Origin: an uncultured cyanobacterium
GTDB taxonomy: Bacteria > Cyanobacteriota > Cyanobacteriia > PCC-9006 > JAAUQQ01
Direction: 5' to 3'
Length of the DNA: 64,000 bases
Assembly (NCBI GenBank): GCA_963718615.1
Contig: OY970368.1
Span: 5,952,001 to 6,016,000 of the forward strand
Shown here: in pieces, positions 42,083 through 51,188 of the stretch
Position numbering within the stretch: the stretch's first letter is position 1
Layout: each line of letters opens with the position of its first letter
Notes under the pieces: model-generated
Database searches by the model: none
What the model was told of the DNA's origin: nothing
The model's input: the letters and a program-made list of their open reading frames with translations, nothing else
Translations under genes and position numbers: made by a program

Positions 42083-44224
42083 TTAACACCTCTCTTGTTC
42101 GATTTTTTCGAGGTCTTTGGCGGCTCCGAGTTGGGTGTAGAGTTGGTGGGCGGTTTGGTAGTGATGTTGGGCGAGGGTGGGGTTGTTTTTGGCGCGGTGG
42201 AGTTGGGCGAAATGCCAGTGAATTTCGGCGAGAAGTTGAGTCATTCCGAGCTGTTGGGTTTGAGTGAATGCGTCTTGAAGGAGTGTTTCAGCTAGCTCAA
42301 GATTGCCACGACCTAATTCGTTGGCTCCTCGATCGCTCGTAACCCAAGCAATACCCTGCCGATCGTCCAATTCTTCACTCAGTTGCAGGGATTGCCAATA
42401 GAGCCGTTCCGCCTCGTCCCAGTTGCCGCGATTGCGCTCGATGTCGCCGAGGACGCCCCAAACTGCTGCTATGCCGGAGCGATCGCCCAATTCTTCACTC
42501 AGTTGCAGGGATTGCCGAAAGAGCCGTTCGGCCTCGTCCCAGTTGCCGCGTTTGCGCTCGATGTCGCCCAGCACGCCCCAGGAAGATGCCATGCCGGAGC
42601 GATCGCCCAATTCTTCCTCAATTTGTAGGCATTGCCGATAGAGCCGTTCCGCCTCGTCCCAGTTGCCGCGCTTGCGTTCGATGTCGCCGAGGACACCCCA
42701 GGAGGTTGCCATGCCGGAGCGATCGCCCAATTCTTCCATCATTTGTAGAGCTTGCCGAAAGAGCCGTTCGGCCTCGTCCCAGTTGCCGCGTTTGCGCTCG
42801 ATGTCGCCCAGCACGCCCCAGGAAGATGCCATGCCGGAGCGATCGCCCAATTCTTCCTCAATTTGTAGGCATTGCCGATAGAGCCGTTCCGCCGCGTCCC
42901 AGTTGCCGCGATTGCGCTCGATGTCGCCGAGGGAGCCCCAGGAGGTTGCCATACCGGAGCGATCGCCCAATTCTTCCCTCAGTTGCAGGGATTGCCGATA
43001 GAGCCGTTCCGCCTCGTCCCAGTTGCCGCGATTGCGCTCGATGTCGCCGAGGGAGCCCCAGGAGGTTGCCATACCGGAGCGATCGCCCAATTCTTCGCTC
43101 AGTTGCAGGGATTGCCGATAGAGCCGTTCCGCCTCGTCCCAGTTGCCGCGATTGCGCTCGATGTCGCCGAGGACGCCCCAGGAGGTTGCCATGCCGGAGC
43201 GATCGCCCAATTCTTCCATCAGTTGCAGGGATTGCCGAAAGAGCCGTTCCGCCGCGTCCCAGTTGCCGCGCTTGCGCTCGATGTCGCCGAGGACACCCCA
43301 GGAAGATGCCATGCCGGAGCGATCGCCCAATTCTTCCCTCAGTTGCAGGGATTGCCGAAAGAGCCGTTCCGCCGCGTCCCAGTTGCCGCGTTTGCGTTCC
43401 ACATCACCCAGGCAGCCGAGACAACGGCTTTCCCCGGCGCGATCGCCTGCTTGCCGATGAAGCTGAATCGCTTTCTTCAAGACACTTTTAGCACTCTCCC
43501 AATGGCCTCGGTCCCGCTCGGTAAACCCCAGGTTTTGGTATAGGCTTGCCAGTAACGGCGAATCCGGTTCCGTTGCCAACAGATCATCCAAAGCCTGCCA
43601 TTCTTCCCGAGCGGTTTTTCCCAATTCCGATTGCTCATCGTCCAGAGGCGGGCGGATAATCACCACCTCCGGTTCAATTTCATAAACCTCCGTCGATCCC
43701 TGCCAATTCACCACTACCGGCGGCGTTTGAAACTCAAATAACGCATTCCCCCGCCAACTCCAAAAATCCGGAGAAGCAGTTGCCAAGGCATCGGCCACAG
43801 CATTCGACACCCACAGCACAATCGGACAAGCAAACGCCCGCAACGCCTCCCTCGTCCACTGCAACGAAAACAGCAACCGCTCTCGATCAGACTTCTCCTC
43901 CCCCAAGCGCAAATCCAGCAAATCCGCAGCCCCCAAGGCCGTCACCATCGAGCCACGTCCAAGAACCACGCCCTGGGTTTGTAGATCCACTAATCCCTGG
44001 CGCAAACTGGGATTTTTTCCACTGAACCGAACCCGATAACAATGAATTCCTTTCGCCGTTAGTTCTGCTTCGTATTGTTGCGTCCAGCGCTCTTGATCGA
44101 CTGGGCGATCGCACACCGCCACCAGCAAATTCAACTTACCATCACTCGCCGTAATCGATAAGATCAACCGCCGTAAGGCCCGTAAATTCGCCTGTTCTTC
44201 CTCAATGGATAGGGCTGAAAGCAT
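42083..44224 (-). CDS. TPR protein with N-terminal 'PDFWSWR' domain and 40-aa repeats
   Basis: Nine near-identical 40-aa TPR-like repeats; N-terminal domain has no Walker A. Confidence 0.9.
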   Translation of the reverse strand: MLSALSIEEEQANLRALRRLILSITASDGKLNLLVAVCDRPVDQERWTQQYEAELTAKGIHCYRVRFSGKNPSLRQGLVDLQTQGVVLGRGSMVTALGAADLLDLRLGEEKSDRERLLFSLQWTREALRAFACPIVLWVSNAVADALATASPDFWSWRGNALFEFQTPPVVVNWQGSTEVYEIEPEVVIIRPPLDDEQSELGKTAREEWQALDDLLATEPDSPLLASLYQNLGFTERDRGHWESAKSVLKKAIQLHRQAGDRAGESRCLGCLGDVERKRGNWDAAERLFRQSLQLREELGDRSGMASSWGVLGDIERKRGNWDAAERLFRQSLQLMEELGDRSGMATSWGVLGDIERNRGNWDEAERLYRQSLQLSEELGDRSGMATSWGSLGDIERNRGNWDEAERLYRQSLQLREELGDRSGMATSWGSLGDIERNRGNWDAAERLYRQCLQIEEELGDRSGMASSWGVLGDIERKRGNWDEAERLFRQALQMMEELGDRSGMATSWGVLGDIERKRGNWDEAERLYRQCLQIEEELGDRSGMASSWGVLGDIERKRGNWDEAERLFRQSLQLSEELGDRSGIAAVWGVLGDIERNRGNWDEAERLYWQSLQLSEELDDRQGIAWVTSDRGANELGRGNLELAETLLQDAFTQTQQLGMTQLLAEIHWHFAQLHRAKNNPTLAQHHYQTAHQLYTQLGAAKDLEKIEQERC
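42365..43444. repeat. Tandem array, 9 x 120 bp, inside the TPR gene
   Basis: Sequence recurs every two 60-nt lines; one HIP1 per unit. Confidence 0.95.
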
Positions 44225-44236
44225 TGCAGGCTCCCC

Positions 44237-45529
44237 CTAAATTAACTTGCGTCGTCTGAGCAAATCCTTCACAATCGGATGCAAGTCGTACCATAGATCG
44301 CCATTTTCATACTCCAAAACCATCAACCCATGGAGCATCTCCACAAAAGCATCTCCCTCGGCCCGTTCTAGGGTTTGATAAACCTGGGCTAGCAAGTCAT
44401 AATGGGTGCGAATTTGTCGGGCAAAATCATTGCGGAGATTGGCCACCGCTGCGGTCAAAATGCCATCATCCACTTGAATAGCAGTCCGCTCCGGCTCAAT
44501 CTCCAACTGCACCATACATTCCGTACAGCACTCCCGCCCAATCCGCACCAACTCCCGCATCACCCCACCACTTAGCAGGGCAATCTTACGCGATATTTCC
44601 GGTGCCAAAAGTCCCTCGGGAAACCGTTTTTCCAAAATTGTTTCAAACAGTTTCAGACTTTTTTCAATGGGCTCAGCCTCAGGATTGTGACAGTCCTCCT
44701 GACCAAAAAACTTCGCGACAGGAAAGAGTTGAGGACGTACGACCCCCTCAGAAGTTAAAGCCCCCATGATCCGAGGTTCCTGGAGCGCCGAAACCGGAAT
44801 CGTAAACACGATTTTGAATCCCGGTGAAAACAACGATTTGAGATTATTGCGATAGATCGGCTCAACTACACTCGGATCCAACTTGTCCAAGTCATCAATA
44901 ATGACCAATACGGGTTTTTGCGTCTTCCCCTGAATTGAAGCGGCGAGGCGATCGAGATTCCCCACCAGCTCTGAAATTCTGCGCTCATAGGTGCGCTCTA
45001 GCTCTTGCCGAAAGGCTTGCTCCCGTTGCAATTTCAGCGTGACAAATTTGAAGAGATCATCACCCCCCAAACCCATTTCAGACTTGGTTTCCGCTTCTTG
45101 GGTTTCTTTCCGCTGGGTAAACATCCACCCCAACAGCGATTTGCGAATGTCCTCAGCCACTGGGATATTCACCTTTGTGGCTTGGCTGAGGAGCATGATG
45201 GCGATCGCATACAAGATATTCACATGACTAACATCCGACATTTCGATCAAATCTGAGATCGAAAAGCGCACCACGAAATATTTTTTTTGCATTTCCGTGG
45301 CAAACTGCTTTAGCAACGTAGACTTCCCACAGCCCCGATGCCCCGCAAACACCAGTTTCCCGTCCTTTTCAGACGCCTCCACCTCTCGCCGTAGCCGCAC
45401 CAAAACTTCGCGGCCATATTCCACTCGGAACCGTTCAATATCTCTGGGTTCTAACAGCGGGAATAAATCTAAGTCACGGTAAGTCGCTTGCAAGCGCTCC
45501 AATAGCTCTTGGTTCATAGCGATGGGCAA
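44237..45529 (-). CDS. P-loop ATPase (AAA+/STAND-like)
   Basis: Walker A GHRGCGKS, Walker B VIIDDLDK, SGGVMRE motif. Confidence 0.88.
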   Translation of the reverse strand: MPIAMNQELLERLQATYRDLDLFPLLEPRDIERFRVEYGREVLVRLRREVEASEKDGKLVFAGHRGCGKSTLLKQFATEMQKKYFVVRFSISDLIEMSDVSHVNILYAIAIMLLSQATKVNIPVAEDIRKSLLGWMFTQRKETQEAETKSEMGLGGDDLFKFVTLKLQREQAFRQELERTYERRISELVGNLDRLAASIQGKTQKPVLVIIDDLDKLDPSVVEPIYRNNLKSLFSPGFKIVFTIPVSALQEPRIMGALTSEGVVRPQLFPVAKFFGQEDCHNPEAEPIEKSLKLFETILEKRFPEGLLAPEISRKIALLSGGVMRELVRIGRECCTECMVQLEIEPERTAIQVDDGILTAAVANLRNDFARQIRTHYDLLAQVYQTLERAEGDAFVEMLHGLMVLEYENGDLWYDLHPIVKDLLRRRKLI

Positions 45530-45643
45530 GGGGGAGATTGAAAAATCTGTTTCATCTTACTCTAGTCTGTTGGCTCCGCCGTAGTGTTGGTAATACCCTC
45601 TGGATCCCGAGTCTTCACCCCTTGAGCCCTAGCATTCCCTTGC

Positions 45644-47164
45644 TCAAGCCCCCCGGATCCCAAACGTCTCCGCCACAAAACTGCCGTGTAATCCATAGGG
45701 CAAATGATGCGTGAGCCGAATCCGCGCCTGCTCGCTCAGATCCTGGGCCTGAAGAATCACCAAGTCCGAAGCATGGCGAGCAGCGTTGTAAATCAGCACC
45801 AACACCCAGCCATCATCCTCTGCGATACCACCGGGCCGGGGAACAAAGAGAGGTTCATTGATAAACCCACGGGGGGCAAAACTGTGGACTGGGCGATCGC
45901 GATATTGGCCCTCGCTGTGGCCCTCGCTTTGCGTATCCACCTTCATAATCGCCTGAAGCGGAGCATTCCCCGTCGAAGCATCGGTAACCCCCATGTAGTA
46001 ATAGCGGGCCGATTCTCCCACCGTATCGGGGTGTTGACTCGGGAACTCACAGGTGCGAGGTTCCAGGCAGTGGCGAGTCACTTGGCCCGTGGCAAGGTTT
46101 GCAGTGAAGCGGAAGAGCTGACCGGGGGTGACCTGGTCAAAATCAACGTTGAGGAAATCGATCGCCGAGTCCAGACTGGGGTAGGTTTCGTAGCAGATGG
46201 AATCGATCATGAGCTGATTAACCCCATCTACGGTCTGTTCGCAGGCATTGGCGTGGTGGAAGACGAAGCAGGGATCGGTGGTGAGCGATCGCACCGGCTC
46301 CTCCGGATCGCGAGGAATCAAAAGAATTTGCGTCGATTTCTGGGCATCCAAGCTAATACACTGACCCGCTCCCTTCAAGCCCAAAACAAAGGGAATCGGA
46401 TTGAGGCTAACGGGGTTTTGGAAAAAGACGTAGTAGTTCTCGGTGATCACAAAGTCGTGGAGAAAGGCAAAGCCAGGGACCGTGCGGCTTTGCTGTTGGG
46501 CGAGGCTACCGTCTTCTTCAAATTCATAGACTGAAATCGTACTGGAGAGTCCGGCCTTAACGCCAAAATTCACCAGCCGTCGCTTGCCGCCGGTCCGCTT
46601 GGACCCCGGATCAACGCGGGGATGGGCAGCAAAGGATTGACCCGGCTGGAGCAGTCCGTTCAGGTATTCTGGCCCTAGGGTATCGAGCGTGACCGGATCA
46701 AGGCGGAAAGGCTCGGCAGCTTCCCACAGGGCTAGCAACTGGTCGCCCCAGTAGCGCACGTTGGTATTGGCAATATTTTTGATTTTGACATCGAACAAAT
46801 TGGCCAACCACCCCCCCGGTTTTTGGGTGCCGAAAACGCCCCGGTAGAGGATCTTGCCCGCCTCCTGCTCGGCGATGAAGCCGGGGGTTCGCACGTAGCG
46901 ATTGCGAAAATACACCCGCCCTTCGGTGAAGGTAAACGCGCTGATCATGCCATCGCCATCGAAGGGATGGTGAAACCGTTGGCCGTTGATTTCCAGGCAA
47001 CCGGGACCATTGCGAAATAGCGTGCCGGTGAGTTCAGGGGGCAGTTCTCCGTCGATGTCCTCCACCCAGTAGGCCTGCTCTTCGGCCTGGGACTGATAGC
47101 CCCGTTGCCAATCGTCACGGCTAAAGGGGGCAGGAATGGCAGGGGGGTGGAGGATGCTGGTCAT
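45644..47164 (-). CDS. Carotenoid/apocarotenoid cleavage oxygenase
   Basis: GTLFRNGPG, HPFDGDG, four Fe-binding His, YGLHG. Confidence 0.93.
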   Translation of the reverse strand: MTSILHPPAIPAPFSRDDWQRGYQSQAEEQAYWVEDIDGELPPELTGTLFRNGPGCLEINGQRFHHPFDGDGMISAFTFTEGRVYFRNRYVRTPGFIAEQEAGKILYRGVFGTQKPGGWLANLFDVKIKNIANTNVRYWGDQLLALWEAAEPFRLDPVTLDTLGPEYLNGLLQPGQSFAAHPRVDPGSKRTGGKRRLVNFGVKAGLSSTISVYEFEEDGSLAQQQSRTVPGFAFLHDFVITENYYVFFQNPVSLNPIPFVLGLKGAGQCISLDAQKSTQILLIPRDPEEPVRSLTTDPCFVFHHANACEQTVDGVNQLMIDSICYETYPSLDSAIDFLNVDFDQVTPGQLFRFTANLATGQVTRHCLEPRTCEFPSQHPDTVGESARYYYMGVTDASTGNAPLQAIMKVDTQSEGHSEGQYRDRPVHSFAPRGFINEPLFVPRPGGIAEDDGWVLVLIYNAARHASDLVILQAQDLSEQARIRLTHHLPYGLHGSFVAETFGIRGA

Positions 47165-47609
47165 GGAGGGGGAGTCATCGACAAAGGGTATTCATCTTCC
47201 ATGAAAGCGAAAATATTACGAAATGTAAAATAAACAAACCCCGAGCAGTCCTCTAAGCTGCTCAAGACTTGCAGGGAACCCCAGCTACGCGAGAAAAGCG
47301 AGAAGGATTGAGGAAGTCGATCTATCGGCATCCCGGAACTTTATGGAGCGACTTGACACCGGCTGAATGTATAGAAAAGTGGATGTATGAGCAACGAGAC
47401 CCAGGAGAATGATAGAAGATTTAAGACGACTCTCTCTTTAGCCTGATAGAACTGCCCCAACTTCTCCCCGCAGCGGGTAGACCCTGGATCCAAAATCACC
47501 GAAGATAGACCAAAGGTTCAAGCTGAACAATCGTTGCGGTCCCTACTGCAGGCGTGAGCGGCGTCCATTGAACCACCAGACGACATCTATCTAGGAGATA
47601 TCAAACGGT

Positions 47610-49523
47610 ATGGGTATTGACCTCGGCAAATTCCCGATTGATTTGAACCAATACAAATCTGTCTCGCTCGATCCTTCCGTCACCACGCTGACCGATGAGC
47701 AGCGGGAGGCGCTGAAGGCCAATATTCAGTTGTGTCGGGATGCGATCGTTTTCTTCACTGCTACCGGCGCAGCACGAGGCGTGGGCGGTCATACCGGCGG
47801 TCCCTACGACACCGTTCCCGAGGTGATGATCCTCGATGCCCTGTTCAAAAGCCAGCCGGACAAATTTGTGCCGACGTTCTTTGACGAAGCCGGACACCGG
47901 GTTGGAACCCAGTACTTAATGGCTACCCTGGCGGGGGATCTGCCCGCTGAGCAGTTGATGCAGTACCGTGCCGCCAATTCCAAGCTGCCCGGTCACCCCG
48001 AATTGGGTTTAACCCCCGGTGTCAAGTTCAGCTCCGGTCGTCTTGGCCATATGTGGCCCTATGTCAACGGTGTGGCCCTGGCGAATCCTGGTAAAACCTT
48101 GTTCTGTCTGGGTTCCGATGGGTCTCAGCAGGAGGGTAACGACGCAGAGGCCGCCCGTTTGGCTGTGGCGCAGCATATCAATGTCAAGCTGATTATTGAC
48201 GACAATGATGTGACGATCGCCGGTAACCCCTCCCAATACCTGGGTGGCTACAGCGTCAAGAAAACCCTGGAAGGTCATGGCCTTAAGGTTGTGGAATGTG
48301 ACGGTGAAGACATTGACGCCCTCTATGCCTGTATTTGCGAAGCGGTGAATACCCCTGGGCCGATCGCCGTCATTGCCAAGCGCCCCATGTGTCCCGGTAT
48401 CGAAGGACTGGAAGGCTCGAACCATGGCCACGACGTGATTTCCGTCAAAGCTGCCATCACCTATTTAGAATCCAAGGGCTACCAGTCCGCCGCCGACATC
48501 CTCAAAAACACCGTCGCTCCCAAAAACGAGTACCAGTTCCTTGGGGCCTCCAGCAAAATGGGTTCGAACCGCAACGTCTTTGGCGAAGCCATGGTGGAAG
48601 TCCTGGGCGGCATGAGCGAAGAAGAGCGTAAGAACAGCGTTCTCGTCGTCGATAGCGACCTAGAAGGCTCCTGCGGTCTTTCCCAAATCCGCAACGCTCA
48701 CCCAGAAATCTTCATCAGCGGCGGTATTCAGGAGCGGGGTAACCTCTCCGCTGCCGCTGGTTTTGGCATGGCCGAGGGTAAGCAAGGTGTATTTGCAACC
48801 TTTAGCGCCTTCTTGGAAATGTGTATTTCCGAGATTACCATGGCGCGCCTGAACAAGTCGAATTTGCTCTGCCATTTCTCTCACGCAGGCATCGACGACA
48901 TGGCAGACAACACCTGCCACTTCGGCATCAATAATATGTTTGCCGATAACGGGTTGGATGACGGTTACCCCACCCACCTGTTCTTCCCCGCCGACGCCAA
49001 CCAAATGACTGCCTGCGTCAAGGCTGTATTCAGCAACCCCGGTCTGCGCTTTATCTTCTCCACCCGCTCGAAGGTGCCGATGTTGCTAGATAGCGACGGC
49101 AATGAGCTGTTTGGTGGCGATTACGTTTTCACCCCTGGTAAGGACGACGTGGTACGCGAAGGTACTGCCGGTTACATCGTCGCCTTTGGGGATGCGGTTT
49201 ACCGGGCACTGGATGCGGTGGAACGGCTGAAGCAGGAGGGCATTAATGTGGGTTTGATCAACAAGGGCACATTGAATGTGGTGGATGAAGAGGTCATGGC
49301 TAAGATTGGCGCTTCGCCGTTTGTGATCACCGTCGAGCCCTTTAACAAGCGCACGGGTCTGGGCAGCCGCTTTGGTACTTGGTTACTGGAGCGTGGCCTG
49401 ACTCCGAAGTTTGCTTCCTTGGCGACCCATGAGGAAGGTTGCGGTGGCCTCTGGGAACAGTATGCCCACCAGGGCATTGATCCAGTGGGCATCATGAAGA
49501 AGGTCAAGGAATTGGTTGGCTAA
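47610..49523 (+). CDS. Transketolase-family TPP enzyme (atypical subgroup)
   Basis: GGHTGG, PGHPE, TPP motif SDGSQQEG...DDN, GIQE. Confidence 0.85.
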   Translation: MGIDLGKFPIDLNQYKSVSLDPSVTTLTDEQREALKANIQLCRDAIVFFTATGAARGVGGHTGGPYDTVPEVMILDALFKSQPDKFVPTFFDEAGHRVGTQYLMATLAGDLPAEQLMQYRAANSKLPGHPELGLTPGVKFSSGRLGHMWPYVNGVALANPGKTLFCLGSDGSQQEGNDAEAARLAVAQHINVKLIIDDNDVTIAGNPSQYLGGYSVKKTLEGHGLKVVECDGEDIDALYACICEAVNTPGPIAVIAKRPMCPGIEGLEGSNHGHDVISVKAAITYLESKGYQSAADILKNTVAPKNEYQFLGASSKMGSNRNVFGEAMVEVLGGMSEEERKNSVLVVDSDLEGSCGLSQIRNAHPEIFISGGIQERGNLSAAAGFGMAEGKQGVFATFSAFLEMCISEITMARLNKSNLLCHFSHAGIDDMADNTCHFGINNMFADNGLDDGYPTHLFFPADANQMTACVKAVFSNPGLRFIFSTRSKVPMLLDSDGNELFGGDYVFTPGKDDVVREGTAGYIVAFGDAVYRALDAVERLKQEGINVGLINKGTLNVVDEEVMAKIGASPFVITVEPFNKRTGLGSRFGTWLLERGLTPKFASLATHEEGCGGLWEQYAHQGIDPVGIMKKVKELVG

Positions 49524-49554
49524 TCAACTGCTGAATTCTGATTGTTCTTGACTA

Positions 49555-49592
49555 AAGAGGGCGTGTTGTCTTTGGGGCAATGCGTCCTTTTT
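49555..49592 (+). terminator. Intrinsic terminator after the transketolase gene
   Basis: AGGGCGTGTTGTC...GGCAATGCGTCCT stem followed by T-run. Confidence 0.6.
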
Positions 49593-49894
49593 ATCGAAGC
49601 TCTCAAAATGCGTTACCTATTTGCTTTCTTAGGACAATCTTGGGCCTATCGCTCGTAGCTCACTGAAATCACAAAATACAGTTTCTTTAAGTTTAGTAAG
49701 TCCATCTATATAGATGCTTAAATGCAGAATAAATTCGGTATATGTGACACGCTCTTGAACTGGGTAACTGAATTCAGTATCTACAGACTAGTGTTCTAGC
49801 AGCAACGCCGGGCTATGGTTGCAACCATCCGAGAGATTCGAAACTTTGGCCACTCAGGCTATGATGAAGATTACGACTCTGTGAGGGCAATGCG

Positions 49895-50479
49895 ATGGCG
49901 GTTGCGGTTCAGCGCTTGACGTTAGCGGAATACCTCCAATACGACGACGGTGAGGATGGTCGCTATGAGCTACTTAATGGAGAACTGATACCAATGAGCT
50001 TGGGGACAGGTAAGCATGGTGAGATCATTCATAGCTTGGAGCGACAGTTCGAGCGAGAGATTGAAAATGCCGGACTGCCCTGGATTGCACGGAAAGGACT
50101 AATCGGAGTACAGTCTCCCAGGGCTGGACGTTGGGAAACCTCACGAATTCCGGACGTAACGGTTATGGTTGCGGAGCAATGGTACGGAATGGCCAATCGA
50201 GAAGCGGTCATATTGGCCCATGAAACTCCTCCGATTTTGGTGGTTGAAGTTGTGAGTGAATCGACAAAAACCGTAGATTACCGGGGAAAGGTATCTGAGT
50301 ATGCGGTGTTGAATATTAGTGAATATTGGATTGTTGATCCTTTAGATAATCGAGTAACTGTTTGTACGCTGGCAGATGGATTGTATGACCAACTTTTCTT
50401 CCAGGGAGATGAAGTGATTACTTCAAGTATCTTCCCAAACCTAACCTGCACCGCAGCACAGATTTTGGTAGGGTCTTGA
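49895..50479 (+). CDS. Uma2 family endonuclease
   Basis: RYELLNGEL, RIPDV, LVVEVVS, EYWIVDP. Confidence 0.92.
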   Translation: MAVAVQRLTLAEYLQYDDGEDGRYELLNGELIPMSLGTGKHGEIIHSLERQFEREIENAGLPWIARKGLIGVQSPRAGRWETSRIPDVTVMVAEQWYGMANREAVILAHETPPILVVEVVSESTKTVDYRGKVSEYAVLNISEYWIVDPLDNRVTVCTLADGLYDQLFFQGDEVITSSIFPNLTCTAAQILVGS

Positions 50480-50511
50480 ACAGATCGAACTTCCATTAAT
50501 AGAACATCTTG

Positions 50512-50970
50512 CTACACAGGCTCCCCCGACGACGATGCCCTATCGGACAGATCTGTATTGTGCCGATCCTGCTGTAGCTTTTCTTCGAGTTCTTGGATTT
50601 GCCCCATGCGTGCTTCTAGTTCTAGGGTGCGGCGACCGAGTTCCTGGCTTTGCAACGTTAGCGCCTGTCGCCACTGCTCAGCTCGCTCTGCCTCTTGCTG
50701 GAGAAAATCAGCCGTCACCCCGCTACAGAGAAAATTTCGTACCACATCCAAGAGCCAAGTGGTTGCATCCTTGACCTCAGCGGTTTGGCGGTCTTCTGAC
50801 AACTCCACCAGCGTCAGCCCGACGCGCATCGGGGCGATGGGCGTGTTCAGTTCCACCGGCTCAGGTTCTGGAAAAACACGCCAGGCAAATTCAGAACGCT
50901 GCTGAGCCAAAAGCTTGAGCGTCAAAACCTGAACATCGGGATCGTGGCTAACATCAGCCAGGTAAAGCAT
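50512..50970 (-). CDS. Conserved hypothetical coiled-coil protein
   Basis: MLYLA...; EAERAEQWRQALTLQSQEL; downstream of valS. Confidence 0.75.
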   Translation of the reverse strand: MLYLADVSHDPDVQVLTLKLLAQQRSEFAWRVFPEPEPVELNTPIAPMRVGLTLVELSEDRQTAEVKDATTWLLDVVRNFLCSGVTADFLQQEAERAEQWRQALTLQSQELGRRTLELEARMGQIQELEEKLQQDRHNTDLSDRASSSGEPV

Positions 50971-51188
50971 GGGTAGCAGGTATAGGTGAGCAACGAATGC
51001 TTTGGGTCGTTAGTGGGGCTACGGAACCGAGATAGGTTTAAGATGCCCGGATTCCGCAAAAATGACTACCGGATTAGCGCGGAACCTTATTGTTAAATAA
51101 CGTAGGCGAGAGCACAATCACGGAGATTGGCTCCCGCCTTTGGATCGTATTTATTCGGACATTCCCAGCGAAACGGCAAAAGTCAAGG

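Noticed and set aside
42365-43444. Regular repeats as a possible CRISPR array or DGR target
   Set aside because: Units are contiguous, in frame and lack unique spacers; no cas or reverse transcriptase gene is present, and the changes are not adenine-specific.
42383-43543. Long repetitive plus-strand ORFs (up to 301 aa)
   Set aside because: Antisense shadows of the TPR array.
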